Shown: positions 8,919-17,071 of the stretch, one piece after another
Layout: the number at the start of each line of letters is the position of its first letter
Position numbering within the stretch: position 1 is the first letter of the stretch
Origin: Candidatus Omnitrophota bacterium
GTDB taxonomy: Bacteria > Omnitrophota > Gorgyraeia > Gygaellales > Profunditerraquicolaceae
Length of the DNA: 29,136 nt
Direction: 5' to 3'
Assembly: GCA_016867175.1 (NCBI GenBank)
Contig: VGKF01000001.1
Location: forward strand, 1-29,136
Notes under the pieces: model-generated
What the model was told of the DNA's origin: nothing
Seen by the model: only the letters and a program-made list of their open reading frames with translations
The model's database searches: none
Position numbers and translations under genes: made by a program

Positions 8919-10180
8919 TGAGGCGCTCAGCAGTATTAATGGTGCTTATTTTTTTTATTGGGCTTCTGCCGGCAGCTGCCCAGGAGATTCCTTTGACGTT
9001 AGATGAAGCCTTGAGTATAGCCATGCGCGACAACCGCGACGTATTGCTAAAAACAGAGGATGTAAGGAGGGCCAAGGCCCAGATTGCCGAGAGTAATGCT
9101 GCGCTTTTACCGAGCCTAAATTTTACCGCAAGCCTAACAGATACGCGAGGACTTTATTCTAAAGACCTCACGCAAACTACTGCCCAGGCAACCTTAAAAC
9201 AATATATCTACAAAGGCGCAAAAACTATAAATACAATAGAGCAGGGCAAGCATAAAAAAGAGGTAACGCAAGCGCTTTTGGATAAAACAAAATTAGAATT
9301 GGGTTTAAGCGTATATAAGGCTTTCTATACCCTGTTATTATCCCAAGATTTGTCTACTCTTAATAAAGATATAGTAGATAATACCCAAGGGCACCTATCT
9401 TCTATTAAAGAACGCTATAAAAATGGAGAGGTTTCGGAATCCGAAGTCCTGAATATGGAAAATTCGCTAGCCGTTGTGAAACAGGCTAGCGAATCATCGG
9501 TCAATCAGGCAGAGGCAGCAGGGTCCCTGCTAAATAACTTATTATATTTGGATAAGGACGCTAAAATAAAACCCGCAGTTCAATTTAACTACCTGGCAAG
9601 CGATATCGCCTATGACCAGGCGTTTTTAAAGAGTATGCAGGCCAGGCCTGAGATAAAACAATATGAGGCCCAGCTTAAAGCAGATAAAAGGGCAGTCCAG
9701 ATCGCCAAGGCCGATACCCGGCCGAGCATCTATGCCTCTTGGGATTACTATAGCCGTTCGCACGCCAGTTCTTCCACCAACCGCAACTGGAATGATTATA
9801 ATGTGATTGGCCTGGTCTTTTCCTGGCCAATATTTGACGGCTGGGCTACCAGAAGCAAGGTAGAGCAGGCGCTGGCAGATTTAAAAGAGACAGAATTAAC
9901 CGAGCAGAAGGTCAGAGGCGATATTGCCCTGGAATTAAAGGAGGCCTATCTTTCTTTAAAAGACGCCATTGCTAAGCTCCAGGCGAGCGAAACCGACCTG
10001 AAGGTTTACGCGGATAATCTTTCGGGGGCAAGGGAAAAATATAACCAGGGGATTATTAGCCTCTTGGGGATGAATGACGCTAATTTAAAGTACGAAATCT
10101 CCGCCTTTAATAGAAAGCAGGCGATCTATGATTATATGCTGGCAAAGGCGAGTTTCGATAAGGCAACAGGAGGTTTTTGA
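8918..10180 (+). CDS. TolC family outer membrane efflux protein
   Basis: Signal peptide, LTLDEALSIAMRDN, duplicated helical repeats, FSWPIFDG, KYNQG motif. Confidence 0.92.
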   Translation: MRRSAVLMVLIFFIGLLPAAAQEIPLTLDEALSIAMRDNRDVLLKTEDVRRAKAQIAESNAALLPSLNFTASLTDTRGLYSKDLTQTTAQATLKQYIYKGAKTINTIEQGKHKKEVTQALLDKTKLELGLSVYKAFYTLLLSQDLSTLNKDIVDNTQGHLSSIKERYKNGEVSESEVLNMENSLAVVKQASESSVNQAEAAGSLLNNLLYLDKDAKIKPAVQFNYLASDIAYDQAFLKSMQARPEIKQYEAQLKADKRAVQIAKADTRPSIYASWDYYSRSHASSSTNRNWNDYNVIGLVFSWPIFDGWATRSKVEQALADLKETELTEQKVRGDIALELKEAYLSLKDAIAKLQASETDLKVYADNLSGAREKYNQGIISLLGMNDANLKYEISAFNRKQAIYDYMLAKASFDKATGGF

Positions 10181-11067
10181 TGCGCACGCTTATTTTATTA
10201 ACTTCAATCTTTATGTTATTCGGTTGTCAACAGCAACAGGCTAAGAAGGGCGCGGCCAGTGAAGCGATTCCGGTTAAAGTGATTAAGGTAGGGCTTCGCG
10301 AACTCAACCAGACCTTAGAATACGCGGGTGATATCAAGGCCCAGGATGAGGTGAAGGCATATCCTAAAGTGAGCGGTAAGATTATTGAGAAGATTAAGGA
10401 AGAAGGGGCCGCAGTCGATAAAGGCGATGTAGTCGCCTACATTGACCGCGACGAGGTAGGGTTAAAATTCCAGAAGGCCCCGGTAGAGAGCCCTGTTTCA
10501 GGGGTGGTGGGCAGGATTTACGTGGGTATAGGCACCAATGTTACCCCGCAGACCCCCATAGCCTTGGTAGTGAAGATGGATAAGGTAAAGATTAATCTCG
10601 ATATCCCGGAGATTTATCTAGCCAAGATATACCTGGGCCAAGAGGCAAATATAGAAGTAGATTCCTATGCGCAAGAAAGTTTTTTAGGCAGGGTTACCAA
10701 GATCAGCCCGGTGTTAAATTTAGAAAACCGCGCAGCTCCGGTCGAGATAACTATCGATAACCCGCAGTATCATTTAAAATCAGGGATGTTTGCCAAGGTC
10801 TCGCTGGCATTAGAAAAACGCATTGGGGTACCGGTTATTTTAAAAGAGGCAATTATAGGCAAAGCCCCTGATGCATACGTGTATTTGATCCAGAATAATA
10901 AAGCTGCGATACGCAAAATTGAGTTGGGTATACATGACGGGCCTTTCTATGAAGTAACACAGGGGTTAGGGGCAGGGGATCTGGTGGTGATCATGGGCCA
11001 GCAGCGGCTTTATGAAAATGCTCAGGTGGCCGTTGAGATAGGTGATAGCCAGGGAGGCCGGGAATGA
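10180..11067 (+). CDS. RND periplasmic adaptor (MFP) lipoprotein lacking the alpha-helical hairpin
   Basis: Lipobox LFGC; lipoyl halves PKVSGKI and SPVSGVV; GMFAKV and GLGAGDLVVIMG motifs. ATG 10180 is preferred over TTG 10177 (SD AGGAGG 6 nt upstream). Confidence 0.9.
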   Translation: MRTLILLTSIFMLFGCQQQQAKKGAASEAIPVKVIKVGLRELNQTLEYAGDIKAQDEVKAYPKVSGKIIEKIKEEGAAVDKGDVVAYIDRDEVGLKFQKAPVESPVSGVVGRIYVGIGTNVTPQTPIALVVKMDKVKINLDIPEIYLAKIYLGQEANIEVDSYAQESFLGRVTKISPVLNLENRAAPVEITIDNPQYHLKSGMFAKVSLALEKRIGVPVILKEAIIGKAPDAYVYLIQNNKAAIRKIELGIHDGPFYEVTQGLGAGDLVVIMGQQRLYENAQVAVEIGDSQGGRE

Positions 11068-14000
11068 GGCTACCGGAATTCGGCGTTAAAAAACCAGTCA
11101 CCAATTTAATGATATTTTCATCCATCATTATTATTGCGATGTACAGCCTTACGCGTATCGGTATTGATAGCATGCCTAAGATTGAACCGCCGGTTATTAC
11201 CGTAGTCTCTATTTATCCGGGCGCAAGCCCGGAGGATGTAGAGGCCAAGGTTACTGAGCCGCTGGAGAACCAGCTGGCTACTGCGCCTGGGATTGAGAAG
11301 ATCACTTCGCGTTCCTATGAAGGGGCTTCCTCCATCTCTCTTAAATTTATATGGGGGACGAATCTGGATGCTGCTACAAATGACATACGCGACCGCATTG
11401 AGCTAGCCAAGAGGTCCTTACCGGATATACCCGATGAGATGGATAACCCGTTTATCTTTAAATTCAATACCGCCAATATCCCCATACTCTTTTTGGGGAT
11501 TACCGCAAAAGAATCTTACCCCGGTCTGTATGACCTTGTCGACAAGAAGGTAGGGGATGCCCTGCGTCAGCTGCCCGGGGTAGGCACAGTTGAACTTATC
11601 GGAGGGATGGAGCGGCAGGTTAATGTTTGGCTGGAGAGGCAGCGCTTGGAAGGTTATGATTTTTCTATATTGGATATCCAAAATGCCATTAAGCAGGAGA
11701 ATGTCTCTCAGCCGGTGGGTGAGCTAAAGAGCGGGTTGACAAACTATCTGCTTCGTCTACCGGGAGAATTCGCAGCTCCCGACGAGATTAAGTCGGTTAT
11801 TCTGGGTAAGCGCCAGGGCAAGGTAGTATATTTAAAAGATGTGGCCAGGGTAGAGGATGGCTTTAAAGAAACCACGCTTAATGTACGCATAAACCAAAAC
11901 CAGGGCTTGCTATTGATGATTCAAAAACAGACTGATACCAATACTGTGGAAGTGGCTAGGTTAATCAAGAAAAAACTAAAAGAACTGGAGAGGGTATTGC
12001 CTACAGATGTTAAGATGCATACCATCTTTGATAGCTCCCAGGATATCCTTGATTCGCTAAATTCTCTTAAATCCTCGGTATATCTAGGCATTATATTGGT
12101 AGTACTGGTAGTATGGTTTTTCCTGCGGCAATTTTTACCTAGCCTGATCATTGTCCTGACTATACCATTTTCTCTGCTCATTGCTTTTATCTATCTTTTC
12201 CTAAGCGGCCGCACAATAAACGCGATCAGCCTTTCTTCTCTGGCGATTGCCTGCGGTATGGTAGTGGATAACGCAATAGTAGTAGCGGATAACATATACC
12301 GTAAACTAGAGAGGGGGGTCCGTCCGACAGAGGCGGCGATTTTCGGGACGCAGGAGATATTTTTAGCAATTGCGGCGTCTACCTTCACTACGGTTGCGGT
12401 ATTCTTGCCGATGTTTTTTATACCCGGAGTAATCGGGATCTTCTTTAGCGAGCTGGCCGTGATCGTCACAGTCACGCTTTTAGGCTCGTTATTTACCGCA
12501 GCAACCTTTAGCCCGATGCTCTGTTCTCAGTGGATGAAGGCCGCCTATACTACGGAAAAGAAGTCAAAACTGTTTTCTAAATTCTATAATCTTTCTGAAA
12601 ATATGTTTAAATCCTGGGAGGCCTTTTATGCGCGCACCCTGGGATTCTGCTTGCATCATAAGAAGCTGGTGCTCGTCGGTTTTGCCGCAGTTTTTTTTGC
12701 CGCTATGCTCGTGCTTCCCTTTGTAGAAAACGAATTTGCTCCGGAAGAAGATACGGGAGACGTACGCTTGACCATAGAGATGCCTTTAGGTACCCGTTTT
12801 GAAGAAACTGACAAGGTTGCAAGGAGGATTGAGGAGCTGCTTAAGGCAGGGGTTCCGGAGGCACAATTCTATTATGCCCGCACCGGGCAGGTCCAGGGCA
12901 GGTCCAGGGCTATGGGCCAGACCTCCGGTGAAAATATTATTACTGTCGGAGCAAAGCTTGTGTCTAAAACAGAGCGTAAGCGTTCGGTTTGGGATGTGGC
13001 GCAGGCCTTGCGTAATAAGATCAAGCAGATACCCGGAGTATTAAAGATCGATATCCAAACCGGTAGTCCTATTGGCCGTATGATCACCGGCATGGGCGGA
13101 AAGGCAGTGCAGGTTGAGATTGTAGGTAACTCTTTTGAAGAGACGGATGCGCTTGCGCAAAAGATGAAGGGGGTTATTGAAAAAATCCCGGGGACAGTCG
13201 ATGTCTCTATTTCCAGGGAATTGCGACTACCTGAATTAAGGATAGCTATTAACAGGGAAAAAGCAGCCAGTCTTGGCTTAAGCATGAATATCATCGCCAG
13301 CAGTCTTAAGGCCTATATCCAGGGTTCCGTTGCCTCTAAATACCGCGAAAAAGGAGAGACCTATGATATTTATCTAAGGCTCCAGGAGTCTTCACGCGAG
13401 AAGATAGAAGACATTGAGAACTTATTTATAGTCTCTCCTGTTACCAGGAGCCAGGTAAGACTCTCTAATATAGCCAGTATTTATGAAGCGGCAGGCCCTA
13501 GGGTAATTGAGCGCCAGAACCGCGAGCGGGTAGTTAGGTTAGAGTGTAATACCTATAAGCGTTCTTCGGGCAAGGTAGTAGAAGATATCAAAAGGGAAAT
13601 AAAAAATATGGTCTTTCCTTCGAATATAATGCTTAATATAGGAGGAGAGGCAGAAGAACAAAAAAAGGCATTTAGAGACCTAGCGCTCTTATTGATGCTG
13701 GGAATTATTCTGGTATATATGATTATGGCGGCGCAGTTTGAGTCGCTCCTAGACCCTTTTATCATCATGTTCGCCATACCCTTTACCTTTATCGGGGTAA
13801 TCCTGGGATTTCTTATAACTCATACTACATTAAATATCGTAAGTTACCTGGGCGCGATCATGCTTATAGGCATCGTGGTGAATAACGCCATTGTTTTAAT
13901 CAGCTATATCATTATCCTGCGTGCGCGCGGACAATCCATGCATGAAGCAGTAACCAATGCCGGGAAAGACAGGCTGCGTCCGGTGCTTATGACTACTATT

Positions 14001-14183
14001 ACCACGCTGGCGGGATTGCTTCCCCTGGCCATATCAAGCGGGGTGGGTTCTGAGACCTGGCGGCCTTTGGGCATCACCATGTTTGGCGGATTAACGGTAT
14101 CAACGCTGATTACTATGCTTTTTGTGCCGACCCTGTATGCGGTCTTCCACCGTAAATCCATAAAACCAAAAGCTCGAGCATAA
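11064..14183 (+). CDS. RND efflux permease (AcrB/AcrD/AcrF family)
   Basis: 1039 aa. GMVVDNAIVV, GIVVNNAIVL and RLRPVLMTT motifs; two periplasmic domains. Confidence 0.96.
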   Translation: MRLPEFGVKKPVTNLMIFSSIIIIAMYSLTRIGIDSMPKIEPPVITVVSIYPGASPEDVEAKVTEPLENQLATAPGIEKITSRSYEGASSISLKFIWGTNLDAATNDIRDRIELAKRSLPDIPDEMDNPFIFKFNTANIPILFLGITAKESYPGLYDLVDKKVGDALRQLPGVGTVELIGGMERQVNVWLERQRLEGYDFSILDIQNAIKQENVSQPVGELKSGLTNYLLRLPGEFAAPDEIKSVILGKRQGKVVYLKDVARVEDGFKETTLNVRINQNQGLLLMIQKQTDTNTVEVARLIKKKLKELERVLPTDVKMHTIFDSSQDILDSLNSLKSSVYLGIILVVLVVWFFLRQFLPSLIIVLTIPFSLLIAFIYLFLSGRTINAISLSSLAIACGMVVDNAIVVADNIYRKLERGVRPTEAAIFGTQEIFLAIAASTFTTVAVFLPMFFIPGVIGIFFSELAVIVTVTLLGSLFTAATFSPMLCSQWMKAAYTTEKKSKLFSKFYNLSENMFKSWEAFYARTLGFCLHHKKLVLVGFAAVFFAAMLVLPFVENEFAPEEDTGDVRLTIEMPLGTRFEETDKVARRIEELLKAGVPEAQFYYARTGQVQGRSRAMGQTSGENIITVGAKLVSKTERKRSVWDVAQALRNKIKQIPGVLKIDIQTGSPIGRMITGMGGKAVQVEIVGNSFEETDALAQKMKGVIEKIPGTVDVSISRELRLPELRIAINREKAASLGLSMNIIASSLKAYIQGSVASKYREKGETYDIYLRLQESSREKIEDIENLFIVSPVTRSQVRLSNIASIYEAAGPRVIERQNRERVVRLECNTYKRSSGKVVEDIKREIKNMVFPSNIMLNIGGEAEEQKKAFRDLALLLMLGIILVYMIMAAQFESLLDPFIIMFAIPFTFIGVILGFLITHTTLNIVSYLGAIMLIGIVVNNAIVLISYIIILRARGQSMHEAVTNAGKDRLRPVLMTTITTLAGLLPLAISSGVGSETWRPLGITMFGGLTVSTLITMLFVPTLYAVFHRKSIKPKARA

Positions 14184-14194
14184 CGGAGAAATAA

Positions 14195-14488
14195 ATGCTT
14201 AAGATGGTAATGATCGTTTATAATGAAGCCCTGGATTTGGATGTTATGGCGGTTCTGGGAGGGTGCGCCGTAAAGAACTACACGAAGGCTAACGCTGTGT
14301 ATGGCCGGGGCGAGGGTTCCGGTACGCATTTAGGCAATGATATCTGGCCGGGCAGAAACAATATCTTGTATGTGGCCTGCGATGAGAAACAGGCGCAGCA
14401 GATCTTAGCCTGCGTAAAAGAACTAAGGAAAAAGCTGGGCCATGAGGGCGTAAAGGCCTTTCTCCTGCCGCTGGAAGAGATGACCTGA
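14195..14488 (+). CDS. Small PII-like transporter-associated protein (PG0541-like)
   Basis: 97 aa. MVMIVYN, VYGRGEGSG-THLG-IWPGRN and KAFLLPLEE pattern; directly downstream of the RND gene. Confidence 0.7.
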   Translation: MLKMVMIVYNEALDLDVMAVLGGCAVKNYTKANAVYGRGEGSGTHLGNDIWPGRNNILYVACDEKQAQQILACVKELRKKLGHEGVKAFLLPLEEMT

Positions 14489-15468
14489 TGCCGATAAGAG
14501 TCATTAAAAAGCTGCTACTTGTTTTTCTAGCCATCTTTGTCGTAACCTTTCTTTCCCTGTTTTTCTTAAAAGACCGCCTGGTTAAATCAATAGTGAATGC
14601 CGGTTTATCTAAGGCCATCGGAGTGCCTATTCAATTAGAAGGCTTCTCCTGGGATATTCTAAATAGCGTTATAGAAATAAAAGGCTTAAAAATATACAAT
14701 CCGGATGGGTTTCCTAAGGAGGTAATGCTGGTTATGCCGAGCATAAAGGCCGAATACGACCTTTCCGCATTTCTGAAAAAGGAGCTGCATCTACCCTGGG
14801 CTGAACTTGATTTAAGGGAGGTTATTCTTTCCAGGGAGGCTGGCGGTAAGCTCAACCTCCAGGAGCTGAAAACAGGAGATAAAAAGGCGGCAGCGCAAAC
14901 CTCGCAAAAAGAACAAGAAGCCAAGGCCTGGCCATTACATATAGAATTATTCAAGCTTAAGTTAGGAAGGATCGTGTATAAAGACTTCAGCTCCGGAGGC
15001 AAGCCCATTATTCAGGCCTATGAGGTCAATATCAATAAGGCCTATAAAAATATATCCGGCCTTAAGCAGCTCTTGACCCTTATGCTTGCCGATTCTTTAA
15101 GGCCGACTGCCTTAAAAGGCGCGGCTATTTATGGTTTGGTGAGTCTTACTGGCGCACAATTGCTTCCTCCTGTGGGGGTGGCAGCGGTGTTGACCGGTAG
15201 AGACGGGGCAAAGGCAGGCTTTCCAACAGATACCCAAAAGGCCTTTACAGTCAGCTTAGAGGCGCTGGATGAAGTAGGAGATATAGTTAAGCATGACGAT
15301 AGGAGAGGCGTTATTAAAGGAAAGATTCACAGTATTGAAGTAATAATTAAGATTTCCCGTATTTTTGATAAAGAGGTAACTGTAGCTGTTTCAGCCAGAA
15401 AATATCTAATCCCCAAGCCCCATATCGCAGAGGGGCTGCTTTATCATATCTCAGAAAAACTCAAATAA
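14488..15468 (+). CDS. AsmA-like protein with an additional C-terminal domain
   Basis: N-terminal TM anchor; IEIKGLKIYNPDGF and GKLNLQEL AsmA-type pattern; second hydrophobic segment; alpha/beta C-terminal domain. Confidence 0.6.
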   Translation: MPIRVIKKLLLVFLAIFVVTFLSLFFLKDRLVKSIVNAGLSKAIGVPIQLEGFSWDILNSVIEIKGLKIYNPDGFPKEVMLVMPSIKAEYDLSAFLKKELHLPWAELDLREVILSREAGGKLNLQELKTGDKKAAAQTSQKEQEAKAWPLHIELFKLKLGRIVYKDFSSGGKPIIQAYEVNINKAYKNISGLKQLLTLMLADSLRPTALKGAAIYGLVSLTGAQLLPPVGVAAVLTGRDGAKAGFPTDTQKAFTVSLEALDEVGDIVKHDDRRGVIKGKIHSIEVIIKISRIFDKEVTVAVSARKYLIPKPHIAEGLLYHISEKLK

Positions 15469-15495
15469 TCCTTCCCTCGCCCCCCGTTTTTTTGC

Positions 15496-15525
15496 TTGAC
15501 AAAACCAAAAGATTTTCGTTATAAT
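15496..15525 (+). promoter_or_regulatory. Consensus sigma70 promoter of the acyl-CoA ligase/MMPL operon
   Basis: TTGACA (15496-15501), 18-nt spacer, TATAAT (15520-15525). Confidence 0.8.
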
Positions 15526-15539
15526 ATGGTGAAATTTAA

Positions 15540-15557
15540 ATAGTAAAATTTTACTAT
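15540..15557. promoter_or_regulatory. 18-bp perfect palindrome, putative operator
   Basis: ATAGTAAAATTTTACTAT lies between the predicted TSS and ATG 15560. Confidence 0.6.
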
Positions 15558-15559
15558 AT

Positions 15560-17071
15560 ATGAATATTGCCGATATCTTAGAGGTCAGGGTAAAAAATAC
15601 TCCGGATAAGCCCAGCCTTATTTTTAAAGGGAAAAATATAACCTTCCGTCAATTAAAAGACTCTTCTTTTAAGCTGGCCAATCAACTTATGGGCCTGGGG
15701 CTTCTAAAGTCGGAGAGGTTAGCCATATACCTTCCAAACTCTCCTGAGTATGCCTATAGTTATCTGGCGAGCTGGTGCGCAGGAGCCACTGCTGTGCCTC
15801 TTGACTTTATGCTTACCGAAGATGAGTTAGTATCCTGCCTCCTGCATTCCGAAGCTAAAATCCTGATTACCAAGCCAAAGCCGAGCCTAAATCTAGAAGC
15901 TCTTAAAACTAGGTGCCCAGAATTAAAAAAGATTATTGTCTGTGTAGATGACGCAGGGCCCTGCCTTTCTTTAGAGAAGCTGTTAAGCGAAGGCTCAGCC
16001 CGCAAGCCCCAGGTTGAAATCCAGGATAAAGACTACGCCATTATTTTTTATACCTCCGGCACTACCGGAAGGCCGAAGGGCGTACTTGTAAGCTACCTGC
16101 AGTTAGAAGCGCCCCCTAAGTCTATGGCGCATTTCGTAGATTTAAGCCAAAAAGATACCACGCTCTGCGCGGTTCCTTTATCCCATCTGGGGGGGTTGGT
16201 TTACCTGCAAAATAATATTTACCATGGCGTGACCGTAGTCCTTATGGAGCGTTTTATTCCCAAGGAGTTTCTGGAAAATATCCAAAACTATAAGGTGAGT
16301 TGTTTTTGGCTGGTCCCCTCCATGTATTACGCTATCCTGCAGCTAAAGGAGTTTGAAACCTATGACCTCTCTAGCCTGCGTTGGCTGGTTTCTTTCGGGG
16401 CCTCCAGCGCCCCAGATGCCTTACGCAGGTTCCATCAGTATTGCCCTAAGGCGCATTTTCTGAATGGCTGGGGCCTGACTGAAACCAATGCCCCTACCTC
16501 GGTTTTACCCATGGGCTCTACAAAGATAGAAAGTATAGGCAAGCCCGCTCCCTGGATCGAGATAAAGATATTTGACGAAGAAGATAAAGAAGTAGCCCAA
16601 GGAGGCGTGGGGGAAGTAGTGGTGCGCAGCTGGGTGGTTAGCGACGGCTACTATAAAGACCCTGAGGCAACTGCCCAGGCAATGCGTAACGGCTGGTTTC
16701 ACACCGGAGACCTGGGTAAGTTTGACGCCGAAGAATATCTTTACATTGTAGGCAGAAAAAAAGAGATGATCAAGGTGGGGGGAGAGATCGTCTTTGAGCC
16801 GGAGATAGAGTCGGTTATTTATAAAGAGCCGCGGATCCTTGAGGCGGCAGTTGTGGGCGTGTCAGACGGATTAAGAGGCGAGGTGCCTAAGGCATTCGTG
16901 GTTTTGAAGGAAGGCTCTCTCTTATCAGAAGAGGAGCTGCGTTATTTCTTGCGCCAGCATCTGGCGCATTTTAAGATACCGCATTATTTTGAATTCAGGC
17001 AGTCTCTTCCCAAGACCAGAAGCGGGAAAGTGGATAAGGAGATATTGAGGGGAGAGAAAATAAATGAATAA
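15560..17071 (+). CDS. Long-chain acyl-CoA synthetase / AMP-binding enzyme (FadD-like)
   Basis: YTSGTTGRPKG, GWGLTE, TGDLG, GRKKEMIKVGG and LPKTRSGKVDK motifs. Confidence 0.92.
   Translation: MNIADILEVRVKNTPDKPSLIFKGKNITFRQLKDSSFKLANQLMGLGLLKSERLAIYLPNSPEYAYSYLASWCAGATAVPLDFMLTEDELVSCLLHSEAKILITKPKPSLNLEALKTRCPELKKIIVCVDDAGPCLSLEKLLSEGSARKPQVEIQDKDYAIIFYTSGTTGRPKGVLVSYLQLEAPPKSMAHFVDLSQKDTTLCAVPLSHLGGLVYLQNNIYHGVTVVLMERFIPKEFLENIQNYKVSCFWLVPSMYYAILQLKEFETYDLSSLRWLVSFGASSAPDALRRFHQYCPKAHFLNGWGLTETNAPTSVLPMGSTKIESIGKPAPWIEIKIFDEEDKEVAQGGVGEVVVRSWVVSDGYYKDPEATAQAMRNGWFHTGDLGKFDAEEYLYIVGRKKEMIKVGGEIVFEPEIESVIYKEPRILEAAVVGVSDGLRGEVPKAFVVLKEGSLLSEEELRYFLRQHLAHFKIPHYFEFRQSLPKTRSGKVDKEILRGEKINE

Noticed and set aside
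13659-13667. Another in-phase CAA AAA AAG slippery motif, inside the RND gene
   Set aside because: The ORF is intact without a shift. This shows the motif alone is not evidence of recoding and tempers the rlmN hypothesis.
15469-15495. C-rich stretch plus T7 after the AsmA-like gene as a terminator
   Set aside because: No adjacent complementary G-rich arm to form a stem.
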